The notes: generated from the sequence alone by a model not told the origin. A stretch of 64,000 nt of DNA from Enoplolaimus lenunculus (GCA_030248215.1 JASANG010003752.1:744001-808000); one strand, 5' to 3'. Numbered from the stretch's first letter, positions 25,218 through 38,362 are shown. Numbers and translations are program-made.

Positions 25218-25480
25218 CCCTTTCTCACATGAATATTTTCTATTTCCCCTGAGACCTACTTTTATGCTAGGATTCGAACTCCGGTGACTGGAGTGGGAGG
25301 CGAATACCATCACCACTCTGCTATAGGAGCTTGACGCTCGAGCCTGAGGGGGCTCTCACGTCTTGTGGTGATTTAGTACTATGTGTACGTGTTGCAATTG
25401 TTAAACACGGTGCAATATATATTATTTAACGCATATACACTGCGCTAAGTTGCCTATAGGCAACTCAATGTGAGAAGGGG
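25218..25480. mobile_element. piggyBac-like tRNA-bearing MITE (copy 2)
   Basis: Near-identical to 25572-25834 and 40973-41235. TTAA on the left flank, TTAT on the right. Confidence 0.82.
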
Positions 25481-25571
25481 TTATAGATAGTAAACTGAAA
25501 ATTTTTCGCTTAAAGATAGTAAACTGAAAATTTTTCGCTTAAAGATAGTAAACTGAAAATTTTTCGCTTAA

Positions 25572-25834
25572 CCCTTTCTTACATGAATATTTTCTATTTC
25601 CAATGAGACCTACTTTTATGCTAGGATTCGAACTCCGGTGACTGGAGTGGGAGGCGAATACCATCACCACTCTGCTATAGGAGCTTGACGCTCGAGCCCG
25701 AGGGGGCTCTCACGTCTTGTGGTGATTTAGTACTATGTGTACGTGTTACAATTGTTAAACACGGTGCGATATATATTATTTAACGCATATACACTGCGCT
25801 AAGTTGCCTATAGGCAACTCAATGCGAGAAGGGG
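25572..25834. mobile_element. piggyBac-like tRNA-bearing MITE (copy 3)
   Basis: Direct repeat of 25218-25480, separated from it by three copies of a 29-bp unit. Confidence 0.82.
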
Positions 25835-26184
25835 TTCAATATAAATCTGTTTTTGATTTCGAGATAGCCAAAATCGACATAATTCAGAATTCCAATAAGT
25901 AACGTGACAAGAAGCACACTGTAATCCTTGCCCATTTTCTCAAATCTATGTAACTTCTATTGTCAGGACTTGCGGCGAAAATGGTAAAAGGCGATGCGCA
26001 CATTTGTGAATACGAGCCCTTTTTTCCATTGCATGTCTTTTTTTATACATAGCTAGGGCAATAATGTTCGCTACGAACCGCAAATTTAGCTATATATAAA
26101 TATAGGCACACATACCTTTATCATTCTTGCACTCCTTTTAAATTGTATGGGAATATTATTTTATAGCTGTCACATGAAAATTAT

Positions 26185-26819
26185 AAGCATGTGAGACATG
26201 CTTGTCCTGGTGCATATGCGATAAATGCAATGCACATTGTGGTGTACGGTCGACATATAGTTGATGAAAAATGCAGTTGGAGAGGCGGGCTGCGTGGCGC
26301 AGTGGTGACAGCGTATGCCTGACACACAAAAGGTCGCTAGTTCGAAACTACCCGTGTCGGTATATGTGCACGTAAGTGTATGTAAAGCAAATGTCGCCAT
26401 GCCTGTGCGCATATACAGGTATAAGAAGTTGTTGCAACGGCCGCGTGGTGTAGTGGTAGCATGCTTGGCTCGAGAGCAAGAGGGCCGAGGTTCGAATCCC
26501 GGCATGGTCATTAACTTTGGCAAAACTTCAAACAGGGGTCGTGCAGACCGTATAGTACCAACATGGAGGTCCCACCGAGATGGGCACTGTCAGTCTAGGT
26601 AGGAGCCGGGACATCAGACCTTTCTACCAAGCAGCTGGAAAAGCGGGCTAGAGCGGGGATCGAACTCTTAGCCTATGGATCCTTAAGCGAGCACTCTACC
26701 ACTGCGCCACGTAGCCCGCCTCTCCAACTGCCTTTTTCGTCGACTATCTGTCGACCGTACAACACAATGTGCATTGCTTTTATTGCATATGCACCAGGAC
26801 AAGCATGTCTCACATGCTT
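26185..26819. mobile_element. Long-inverted-repeat element containing three tRNA-like modules
   Basis: Arms of about 120 bp (26185-26306 vs 26698-26819) are reverse complements. tRNA-like units with A and B boxes lie at about 26288-26359 (+), 26439-26510 (+) and 26645-26717 (-). Confidence 0.75.
26439..26510 (+). pseudogene. tRNA-like sequence (CGA in the anticodon position, short variable arm), probably repeat-borne; a second copy is at about 26985-27055
   Basis: GGCCGCG TG GTGT AGTGGTA GCAT G CTTGG CTCGAGA GCAAG AGGGC CGAGG TTCGAAT CCCGG CATGGTC A. It folds as a cloverleaf with mismatches in the acceptor, anticodon and T stems. Confidence 0.6.
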
Positions 26820-26900
26820 TACAGGCACTGCAAACAGCAAGCCCATGAATTCGGGTAGTTGGATTCACGGTCCGGGACGACCGCCTGTAAAAAAGAGGGA

Positions 26901-27176
26901 TGTCGGTATATGTGCACGTAAGTGTATGTAAAGCAAATGTTGCCATGCCTGTGCACATTTACCGGTATAAGAAGTTGTTGCAACGGCCCGTGGTGTAGTG
27001 GTAGCATGCTTGGCTCGAGAGCAAGAGGGCCGAGGTTCGATTCCCGGCGTGGTCATTAACTTTGGCAAAACTTCAAACAGTGGTCGTGCAGACCGTATAG
27101 TACCAACAACCCGTAACCAGCTTTTCCAGCTGCTTAGCACGAAGGTCTGAAGTCCCGGTTCCTACCTAGACTGACA
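26901..27176. repeat. Rearranged partial duplicate of the interior of the tRNA-bearing element
   Basis: 26901-27108 repeats about 26355-26563. About 27120-27176 is the reverse complement of about 26588-26644. Confidence 0.8.
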
Positions 27177-27816
27177 AAAATATATTAAATTATCTTGGTA
27201 TGTTGATCTGTCAGCATCCGACTTCGCAACGTTTAAGTGTGGGTCATAGATTGGCATCTGTACTTGATTTTGCGGATGTATTTTCTAGATTTTGAAGTAG
27301 AAAAAAGGATCTATGAACCCTTTAACACATGAAATGTTCAATTTCTTCTGAGATGTAATGTTAGGCTAGGATGCGAACCCCTGTCTCATGGGTGAAGTCG
27401 TTTACCTTCACGACCCAGATATAAGAGCTTGATCGGGGTGCCCTAATGTCTTGTGCAGATTTAGCACTGCATATACATGAGAGAATTGTTAACCCATTTA
27501 CGGCCTGAATATTTTTCTTATCAAACGCATTTCTAATTTTTCAATAGTTTGCGTTATTATACCCAGCATACTCAAAATAAGCATAGCTTGGGCTCTGACA
27601 TTCCTGGATTTTGAAAATTTTGTTGGACAACATATTGGGAAAGGGGTAGAATATATTCAGGGGTGCGTTGATATAGTATCTACGACGTCATGGCATACGT
27701 TCGACACAATATTCCCTTAATTCCTTAGCAAACCACCGGATTAATTGTCATATTCTGAACGGTGATATCCGGTTTAATTTTCGAAACTGACACTCCTAAT
27801 CCGTGTTCAACATAAT

Positions 27817-28348
27817 TCAAGCTCCGTTGTTATTGAGCGAAGCGAAACTCCGAGCAAAGCTCGTAGTTTCGCGAAGCGTTTTATGTTTTGTGCTCTGGGG
27901 TCGAGAGGTGGATGTCCGTCTATCCGTCCGAAACGAATTTCAGGAACGGCTGAACCGATTTTGATAAACTTTTTTGTTTGAAAGCAATTATGCTGGGGTG
28001 TTAACCTCGCACTGGGGTTTTAAATAACCCGTTTACTAGCTACAGGATAATTTGCAAAATTAGTTAAGCCTAAATTAGGACTTTTTACATTATTTAACTA
28101 ATTATCACAGTTACAAGCAATCTATTTTATGCATTAAAGAGTTTTTGGGTGCGTGAAATTTGAACAGACTGTTTACAAACCTTCAAGTGTTTTAGAGTGC
28201 GACGAATCTGAATAAATTGTTTACAACCCTCCAAAATCGATATGTGAATAGTTAGCTAATAACTAATTTGCATATTAGCTTAACTGCTTACGTGTGTTCG
28301 AGCTTCGCTCAATACATGCAGTCCCACTACGACTGGTTGATAGCTTGT
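27817..28348. mobile_element. Helentron-associated (HINE/DINE-1-like) non-autonomous element
   Basis: Subterminal inverted repeat ATTGAGCGAAGC / GCTTCGCTCAAT, a GTCC/GTCT microsatellite, a GGAACGGCTGAACCGATTTTGA core and a 3' hairpin CAGTC..GACTG. Confidence 0.6.
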
Positions 28349-28605
28349 GCGGTGGCTTAAGGTGCAGTTAGATTCTTGAAATGCTGGATCTGGATCCTGC
28401 TGTGGCTAGTATCAATACTTTTGAGATGTTTGCGTGCTTGAAACAAGTAATATACAAATCAAGTTACTCTAGGAAGAAATATGTACTTATATAAATACAT
28501 TGTGTTGATTAGCAAAGATTACTATTAATATTAAATATTTATTTAATACACATCTTTCTAGCATATGTTGATAAACTAATTTGACTATTGCTGTTGTTGA
28601 TATTT

Positions 28606-31600
28606 ATGGATTCTGAATCAAACTCTGTGGCACATAAAGAAACGCGCTACGATCGCCAGTTGCGTTTATGGGGTGATCATGGCCAGCGTTCTCTAGAAAA
28701 CGCACACGTCGCCGTTTTAAATGTTAGCGCGACATCAACAGAAATATTAAAATGTTTGGTGTTGCCTGGGATTGGTTCGTTTACTGTAATTGATAATCAA
28801 ACGGTATGCTGTTTTGTTTGTGATGCAGGCTCGCTATTTGTTAACCTAATTATTTCTAGGACTTAACGGCGTAAGTATCTTAGGTTTTTGGTTTTTCCTG
28901 TAAGACCCTTGAAATCGATATATATTTTTTCAGGGTGCAACCGGAATTCCGGTTCCGCTGGGCAAATCCAGTATTTTTTGCTATCCGGTTTCGGTAATAA
29001 ATCTGGTATTTTGAGCTTAATTTTTTGGTATTTTTGGTATTGAATATTGCATATTATTATAACTTATTTTTCTAAAATTGTCTTAATGTGTATTGCCAAA
29101 ATTTTCCTTTTATACCACACCGCATAATTTATTATGCGTTTTCACCTACTGCATTTGTTTCAGGATTTTGGCTTGTAAATACTGTGTTTACACCATTAAA
29201 AGCGATAAATAGATTCAAAAATGAATTTTTCGATAACATATATATTTTCTGCTTTCTGGTTCGGTTCCGGTTCCGGAATATTTTTAACTTTACGGTTCCG
29301 GTATTTTATAATTCTGGTTGCACCCTGATTTTTATTTGGACTTGACGGCAAAATCTTTCTTCAGTTTCACGACGAATATATAGGATATAAATACGTTTCG
29401 CGTAGTTTGAATATATAACCATGAAAAGTTTGTGGGTTTGAATAAATGGAGCGCAACATTGCGCCGAACCCACCTTTTGATTCCTCGGTTTAACCACCCC
29501 CGCTCGGAATTGCCCTTCTGCCGGTTCTAGATTTCGAATTTTCTTTAATTAAAGTGCCAGTAAAACTGGGATACAAGACACATGAAAACCACAAGTATAT
29601 ACATATACAGAGTGGTAAACGTTTGCAACATTAGACTTAATGACGAAATGTTCATACGTGTATATACTTGGACAATCTAGTTTTCGCTTTTTATGTTTAT
29701 GGGTCGATAAGCGGTCGGATATATAATAATGGCCTCCTAGCTGGTGCACAGCTTCCAATCTTAGTGTGCACACGGTGTGAGAAGATTGTCTTTTAACAAC
29801 AACTATATTAGCCAGTAGACACGATTGCCGTCCATTTGCGTAATACTACATATGTACATGCTTTATAATGAAGTTGTTTAGGTTTTCCATGCTTAGGTTT
29901 AGGCTTAGGGCTTATGCTTTATAAAGAAGTTTAGGTTTTTCGTGCTTAGGTTTAGGGTATCATTTATGTAATTTTTGCTGTAATTATGTAACTCAACTCA
30001 CTATAGTGTCACTTTGTTTAAAAAGGTGACTGAAGATGACATTGGAAGAAATTTTTTTCTTACATCAAACAGTGTTGGCAAGCTTCGTGGCGAAACTGCT
30101 GTCGAATTATTAAACGAATTAAATCCTTCTGTTTCAGGTAATTTCGTTAATTGCAGGTTTTTTAACAATACATTTTGCGCATCGACATTAGTTGGAATGC
30201 TTTCAATTTTACTTGCAGGTGTATTGCAGTATATTGAACAGTTCTCATTTTATAGTCGTTTCGTGTTGTTAGGTTTAAGTGTTAGTATTTTATTTGTAAT
30301 TTTGTAAAAGAAAAATCCGAACATTTGACTAAGCATGACATAGATAAGTTTGTGCGAAATCGGTTTGGCTAAGAAATTTTTAAAATAAGAATCGGCATTT
30401 TCAAAAAGTTTGGATTCGTGTACCGAATTCACTATTTGACCGAATTCGAATCCGTTACTTAGTTTCCGAATCTGAATAAAAACCTTACATTTTGCAAATT
30501 TTCGGTATATATGTGCCGATAATTTGTTGCTGAATACCAATACAATACCATTTATTATTCCAGCTAATCTACTTTTTTCAGACAGCACTTATTTCGTGCC
30601 GGACCTCAGTTCTGAGAATTGTAGCCTGAAACAAAGTTGCTTAATGTAACAAGTTATTTGAAATATTCATTCTTTAACAGTGCAAGCATATATGGCTCAG
30701 GCAAAGTAAGTATTGAATTCTCAACAGATGTGTAAATTTGTTACGAAAACGTTTCTACTGTTACCTAATGTTACTACGTATATTTTTTGTTAGGTCATTT
30801 TGTTAATTCGTCTGTTGAGCATTTACTTCAATCGTCACCCTCACAATTGACGAAGTACACACTGGTTATTGCATGTGACTTGGCCGAAAGAACACTGCTT
30901 GAAGTTGGACAGTTACTTTGGTCTTGCAATGTTCCGTTTGTCATTTGCCGATCTTACGGTTATTGTGGATATTTACGACTAGTTTATTGCGAGCAAACTG
31001 TTATTGAGTCACATCCGGACAATCTAGTAGCAGACTTTCGTTTGCAACACCCATTTGACTCAATTCGTGACCTCGTAGCTCAAACGGATCTATCATCTAT
31101 GAATCATGAACAACACTCGCATGTCCCGTATCTAGTCTTGCTGCATAAGATTCTAGACATGTTTCGGACTGAAAAGACAACATCTAATGCAAGTAAACAA
31201 AAATCAATAAACGATAGCACAAGCGCTGTTGAGGCAAATAAAAATCCAAACGGAATAAATGAATGTGAGTGGTTTCCGTGTAACTATAAGCTGAAGAAAG
31301 AATTTAAGAATTATTTACTCGCGCAACAGATGCCGGATGAAAAGGGTCGACGTGACGAAGAAAATTTTCACGAAGCAGCAAATGTTGTGAATCGTGCGCT
31401 GGTACCGTACGCAATCCCACACAGTTTGCGAGCAATTTTTGATCGAAGCCAGTCTCATTCGTCCAATGCTGAAAGTGATACGATGGCAGCCAGAAAAAAT
31501 GAAATATCTCTACAAAACGGCTTGCAGAATGGCAAGATACTTATGGATTTGGGTAAAGTCAAAAAAGACATTGGCTCTAAAACGTTGGTGCAACCATGCG

Positions 31601-32584
31601 AGCTAAATTTAGAGTTTTGGACGGTTTTACGAGCTGTGAAACGATTCGTCGAAAACGATGGTCGAGGCATACTTCTGCCGCTGGAAGGCACTCTGCCTGA
31701 CATGATTTCTAGCTCAAAAAGTTATATTCAGTTGTCAAATATATACCGGCAGAAAGCGGATGACGATGCAAACACCGTATATGGTTATGTTAAAACAGAA
31801 CTTTTGGCAACTGGGCTCCCTGCTGAATCAGTGAGTATTGATTTTGTTCGACTCGTTTGCCGCAATATACGGAGTGTCGCAGTTTGCTATGGCCGATCTT
31901 TAGAAATCGAATATGCCCCCGAGACAGCAAATCGAGAAGTCATCACCAGTTCATTAGAGCAAGAAGACCCACAGATGTATCTCTACGTGCTGCTCAGGGC
32001 TGCGGACCGATTTAATATGGAAATGAACAGGTTTCCAGGTAAGCGCTGTTAGTTACAGAAGCAGGTTCGGTCCGGGCGGTGTTCGGCCGGCCGCGTGTTT
32101 ACTAGAAGGTGCATTGCTTTTTAATGTTATGAACGACAATACTCAACAATACGGTATTATGTACGTCCAAACTGTTAGCATAATTCTGTGATGTAATACA
32201 CCTTTAAACAGAGCATGTGGTTCATCGAGAGGTGAATGGCGGTATAAATGTTATCATTCACAGAGATTTTATATGCTTTATTATGTCCTTTCAGGAACGA
32301 ATGGTATACCTGTGAATTTAGATAAAAACGATTTGCTTACGCGTGTTGTGCGTTTGCTTTCGGCGTTAAAGATCACAGATGATACTACACTGGCAGAATC
32401 CTTTACGCCATATCTAGAAGAATTTTGTCGGTATGGTGCTGCCGAGCTTCATTCAACTGCTTCTTACATGGGTGGCCTGGCAGCCCAAGAAGCAATCAAA
32501 TTGATTACAAATCAGTACGTACCTTTGGATAATACTTATGTGTATAATGGTATAACCGGTGCATCGTCTGTATTTAAGTTGTAA
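28606..32584 (+). CDS. NAE1: NEDD8-activating enzyme E1 regulatory subunit (APPBP1/ULA1), 4 exons, about 614 aa
   Basis: Exons 28606-28803, 30026-30137, 30794-32038 and 32295-32584 are in frame. Motifs: [78 protein letters not shown]. Confidence 0.95.
28931..29327. mobile_element. hAT-like MITE (CAGGGTGCAACCGG TIR) in NAE1 intron 1
   Basis: CAGGGTGCAACCGGAATT / AATTCTGGTTGCACCCTG. Related ends occur at about 37459-37804 (TTACCTAC/TTACCTGC flanks), 7455, 14373, 52906 and 59087. Confidence 0.7.
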
Positions 32585-34244
32585 TTGTTTTGATATTCTG
32601 TTGATTGATTATTTTTGTTATGGATGCTAAAGTTGCAGCTTCGGTAGTAATTCCATCGATAGGTACGTCTTTTGAACTAATAGAATTGAATTGTATCGCT
32701 CTTGCGAAGACGTATTGCTTAAGAAGTTATTTATATTGTAGTAATAAATTATTAATCTGCGTCTTCCGCCCATATTTTCAAAATATATGTAACACCTATC
32801 GCCAGTGAGTGATATTCCTTTTAATTTTCGAACCAGTAAACGGTGATATTTTAAATTGTCAAATTTTTTGCATTTTGGGATCTGAAATTGCAGGAGTTTT
32901 TCCGTTTGAGATTTAATAACTTATCGTTAACCAGTGATACATGCTATGTGTGTTTGAGGATATTGCCTTGACACAAGGATGTTACACGCAAAAATAGATA
33001 TGGATGGCAACGGAAAGGGATATCTTGTTACAATCTGGTTTTACCCATTCACTTTTGTAGCGATTATTGATTTTTCGGCCTGTCGTGGAAAATGCCGTTT
33101 GCCTGGATCCCGATATTATTCTTTTTCTGTATCAAATTATTCCATTTGAAATTGGAATTCAAATTTTGTTTCATGACAACTGTCAGATATGATTGTGTTT
33201 TTGGCATTGTGTAGTAAATTTTTTAACGTGTCTTGTATTGGTATCAACGCATTTTATTATTTGAGCGTTTCACAATGGTTTGTAGAATTCCGAGAAATTT
33301 GGTGTGCGCTAGTATCCTACAATACGTAGATAATCTCGTTTTTTAAATTAAGCAGCGTGCTGTGTATCGCAAGCAAATGAGGCCTGTTGCAGGTTTAAGA
33401 GTGCAACCGGAAGCCTTGTGACGGTTACAAGACAAAATTGATTTGGAGCAATTTTAAAACTTAATAGCCTGAAATTTTTGAAAAAGACACTTAAAACTTC
33501 TGTGAGAAGACTGGGAATTATTGTTAAAATTACTCTCGCTCTGACAAAATTTGTTGACCTACGGCTGCACCCTGGTAAAGTTGGAGAGATGAGAAAACAA
33601 AAAGCTACTGTAGACCAGATACATAGATTTGTGTCTTGTCTTTAGAAATAAATAACGGGCAATGTAGCATTCTCTAAAACCAAATATCGAACCCTGGTAA
33701 ACTAGCATGCGATAAGAATAAAAAGAAATGGTAGATTACAGTTGCTAATCCTTTCTTGAAGGTAGTACCTAAGAACAATGATTGAGCGTTGACATACTTA
33801 TACATCTGAATTATAGTTTACGCAACGAAAATTCGTGTAATATATCATTAAAAGATAATATACTGCTAATATATTGCAATGTATCGAGTCACTGGTTTAG
33901 TACTTCTGGTGGTTTGTTTTATGCCAGGTAAAGTATAGCACATCGCATGTGTTTACAATTTAATACAGCCGATGGTTTGATTTACTAGCGTTAAACGAGT
34001 AAAGCCAAGCTGCACAGACTTCCTGGATTCTGCGTAGTTGGGGACAGTATTTGAATGTTATGGGTCTTATCAGTATATCGATGCGTCCCGATGTATAAAT
34101 GTCACACTGTTCATATAATGAGTCACAATCTAATTATAACACAAACCTCATTGTTAAATCGTGACGCAGTAAAGTGCAGCAGCCGTTAAATGTTTAATGT
34201 GCGTGCATGGTTTGAGAATAAGGAGTAGTGACAAAAGTTGAAAA

Positions 34245-35708
34245 ATGAAATTTATTTCGCTATTTTTCACATTTGCATTGAGCAAACGTAGCGCCTTACT
34301 GCTTCGGATTGTGGGGTCATTCCTTTGTTAGTGTCGCTCGTCAGTGTTAATTGTGGGTTTACCTATTTACTTACATGTTGTGTTTCAGTATTGGATGGAC
34401 TTAAATGCTACAGTTGTATGGGATACGACGCTGATGATTGCAAGCGAGGAACGGTGTCTTGTTACGGCGGTTTATGCTTTAGTCTTTTGGACAAAGGTAC
34501 GTAGTTGAAGCGCTTGCTTCCAGGAAACATTTAGCATGTTTATTTGCAGACGCTAAAATAGAACGTGCTTAATTTTTATCGGTATTGTATCGTATTGTAA
34601 AACGCAAAATATACATTATCAAATTATCAAATTGCCAAGCAGCTTTGAATACTAGGGTAAGTTTCATTTTGTCAGTGGGGCAATTGCAGTGCAAAAAAAT
34701 TTCACTGCGGTTGACAAATTGGGTTCGTGAATTAGTATTACCAAAAGTGTATGTTATAAGAGCATGCAACTGGGTGTATTCTGTATAGAAAAGAATGTAT
34801 CCAGCGCGTGTTGCATTTTTGGCTTAACCCCTTTTTATATTGTATATGGGGTGCAAAATTTGCAGAAACAGTATAAATACGTTGCAATCTATATCTTAAT
34901 TGGAAGAAACAATTTGGTGTGCATTAAAAATGAAATCGATCCCCTTAAATAAATTGGGGGTCGGACAAATACACAACGAGTGCTGGTACTTTTTGTACCA
35001 TGCACAGCCCAGGTTGTTGTACACTCTTGTTAAATATCATACACTCTCGGAGAAACGTACGTTTCTTAATTGTCAGGCTATATTTTTAAGAGTGTTATTC
35101 ATATATTAATTTGATACCAAAATGCTGCTATTCAGTGTCTGCCAGCAGTATAAATTAGGTTCGGGTTGTAACAAGAAATTTTGTCCCGTTATGAAACGTT
35201 CCGTATTAATCTCAGTGTTATCAACAAGATTTTCCGGTATTTCTGTGTTTATAATTTTGATTAATAGTTAAAGCTTATATTTTAGTTTAAATAGTTATTC
35301 TGAAATTGATGTGGCAGTTGCTAAATAAAAGTTTTTTTATTGATTTAGAATTGTCACTCAGCTTTTTTCGCGTGTCAGCGATCACAATTTGACGCTAGTT
35401 TCAAACAAAGTTTTAATTAAAATTTACTATTTCGATAAATAGTTTGCTTGCGACTCATCCTATAGATATATATAGCATTTGTAGGTAAACAAATTCACGC
35501 AAGAGGTTGTACGAAAGAACAGTTCGGTTCGAGAAAAATGAAACCAGGATATGTTTTGACCACTGAAGTTGACGGCGAACGTTTGCGTGGTGATGCGTAT
35601 TTATGCCAAGATAAAGACTACTGTAACTCAGGCACGCGTTTGTTTGACAGAAGCTGCTTTGTTTTCATTGCCAAGATTTTATTAGTCATATATTACTTTT
35701 TATACTAA
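34245..35708 (+). CDS. Small Ly6/uPAR (three-finger, LU domain) protein, probably GPI-anchored, 3 exons, about 137 aa
   Basis: Exons 34245-34326, 34389-34496 and 35485-35708 (phase 1,1). The translation gives a hydrophobic leader, LDGLKCYSCMGYDADDCKRGTVSCYGGLCFSLLDKGKQIHARGC...YLCQDKDYCNSG and a hydrophobic C-tail (FVFIAKILLVIYYFLY). The exon 1 boundaries are less certain. Confidence 0.8.
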
Positions 35709-38362
35709 GCATTGCTCAATTTGAATTATATATATTCCATTTTGAACTGATTTCTGTATTGACATATTTTTTATTCTTGTTGATCAGGGTTTGGCCATGT
35801 TACTTTTATTGGCGGCCGTTTTTCTGCGGATTGCAATACAGTAGGTTGAGGCATTAGACGAATTTTTATTGGTTTAAGATTAGTTTTGGGCTGGTTCTTA
35901 CGCTGAGGCTTAGGCTGCTGTTACGCCCCTACAAGTAACATTGGCCAGCATTTTTGTGCTGTTTATTACATTGATTGTATTGAATCGGTTGAATTAGTGT
36001 TGCGGTGTAGCTTTGTTGACGGCGCCGGTGCCATCCGTTACTGTTCGTCACCCGTACGGCGTCCGTCACCGTTCACGTTTGATAACGTATGGTGACGGAC
36101 GGTGACAGACGGCGACGGACGTCAAGTATAGCGCAACCCTTATAATTACACCTACTATCTTCCCAACAGTAGTAGAAGATGCCAGCATTTACACACCATG
36201 AGCAGCGTGGTTTAGGATAGGAAATCCAAATATTTCGCTTTAGATTCGCTGCGCTTGTCAATTAGTTAGCAACTAACTTATGGGATGTTTGCTATGCGAG
36301 TTTTATTGCAATTAGGCTCATCGTTTGTAATTTTAAATAGGTATTGGTTTTAACATCATTTCTATACGGCTTGGATTAAGGGCTTTCAGGTACGGGTCTG
36401 CGAAATCTGTATGTGCGTATCCCTTAAAAAATTGCTAGGCCTGCAGCTTGATTAACTGCAGGCTGATTAGCATATTAGGTATAGCGCTTTTGGCAATAGA
36501 ATGCACCATTATATTGACTCGATTACTTATATCATTTAGATTTTCGTCTTCTTGACTATTTATTTTCAAATGAGGCATTTTAATTCCTGTTGTAATTTGT
36601 AGCAAAGGTTACGATTCAGAAGACATTTAACATCGTTTTTGTTGATTACAAAATGTTCGTAGTTTTGGCTCTTGTACTCTTTCCCTCACATTTAAAGTCA
36701 AGGCTTAGAATTAAACGTCGGCTTCGCGTAGGAGTACGTTTATATCTTGTCTCAAGCGTGAGTCTAACTCTATGTCTGTGTGGGGAAACTATACAAGAGC
36801 TGTAGTTTTATGTGTTGCGTTTGCGACTTCAAACTGTTATTTATTGATTATTTATTGTTAGTGTTTAATGTCTCTGACCATTATTTTAAATGATTTTATT
36901 TATTTTAGCTTTCATTGTGTGTTTTCTGTTGCTCAAGTATATGACCGTGCTATGATATTGCAGATGGCTGTGAAGATATTTATTTTTGTATTGTAACATG
37001 GACAAGTTCGTTTTCGCGATCTTGTAAAATTATATTTCCGTACTTTTATGCAAAAATTGCTATTATTAATGGGTGACTGTTAGACTGGTTGCACGATTTC
37101 GAACACTGGAGAATACAACGTGTAGTTTGAGTAAGTATCTCATGCTGTCACACCCCATACACTACTCTATCACTTGATCATGTTTTCAAATCATTTTAAT
37201 TTGTTACATTTCAGTATAAGTTAAAAAGAACTTAAATTGAATGCTATACTTTCCACCGCTGCTTTTGTCTGTATAAATAGTGAATTTGGACCTGCTGTAG
37301 TATAAAAATTCTTTTCTGAAGCAGGCTTTCACATTCAAAGTTTTGGAGGCGCCTATGGTTTCATTCCTATTGTTTAGCTTGCGAGTGCTTATATAGTCCT
37401 ATTTATATATTTTTATTAAACCAATATTTTTTAATTTAGTTGTCAAAATATTACCTACTAGGGTACAACCGGAGGTCTGGCTCCGGCAGGGAAATCGGGC
37501 GCCGGCTGCGGTAGAATTTTTTGCCCGAAGTTTCGGCAATTTCGGTAGTAAAAATATTGCAAACTTTTGCAAAATTTATCTGTTTAGCGTGTTTTGTTTT
37601 ACTTTTGTCACAATTTTAAGGAAAGAATTTCCGAAACTTCGCAGAAAATAACCGTAAAACCAAACAACTTAACAACATATTGCAGATATTGGCTAACATA
37701 ACTAATTAACCATTTTAGTACCTAATTTCGCCTCACCTCCGGTTCCAGATTCGGCAGTGTCGTTGCCTCCCGCTCCGGTATTTTTCACATCCGGTTGTAC
37801 CCTGTTACCTGCATGTGAATTTATGCCTTGATAACATAGCCAAAATTTTGAAAGTAAACCTTTATTAGCATAGCTTTGTGTTTTACTGCGTGTTCTCCTC
37901 AACGTTGTATTCTTGCGATCATGCGAGATTCGTCAACTATTGGGTAGTGGACGTAAACTTTTTGTGGAATGAGTGTAGATATGCTCCAGTCTGTTAGTGG
38001 TGCATCGGGCAGGCTCCTGGTTATATTTATTGCGCGAAGGTTAAATGTGATGTGTAAACGGATGGTTAAAATAATGAAAAACAGAATGTTGAAGGATAAA
38101 TGTGCCAAAGAACTTTCGTTTTCTGCAAATACAGATAAATTGTGTCATTTTTATTTCTAACCGCCCCGTATTTTTCCCGCAAGCAATTAACACAGTGCAG
38201 CTAATATTGTGCATGGACTTTTACGCAGTTTTTCAATCAAACGCGAGTTAAAATTTTGATGTTACTCATCAGGCATAATTTTCACGCATTAGTAATGTTT
38301 AATATAGTTTTACGCTTCAGTATGGCTTAATTTTATATTTTAGAACGGAGCAAGGATAAACC

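Noticed and set aside
26288..27055. Functional tRNA gene cluster
   Set aside because: The stems contain several mismatches, the CGA unit lacks the Ser variable arm, and the units are embedded in repeated, rearranged DNA. tRNAscan-SE would settle it.
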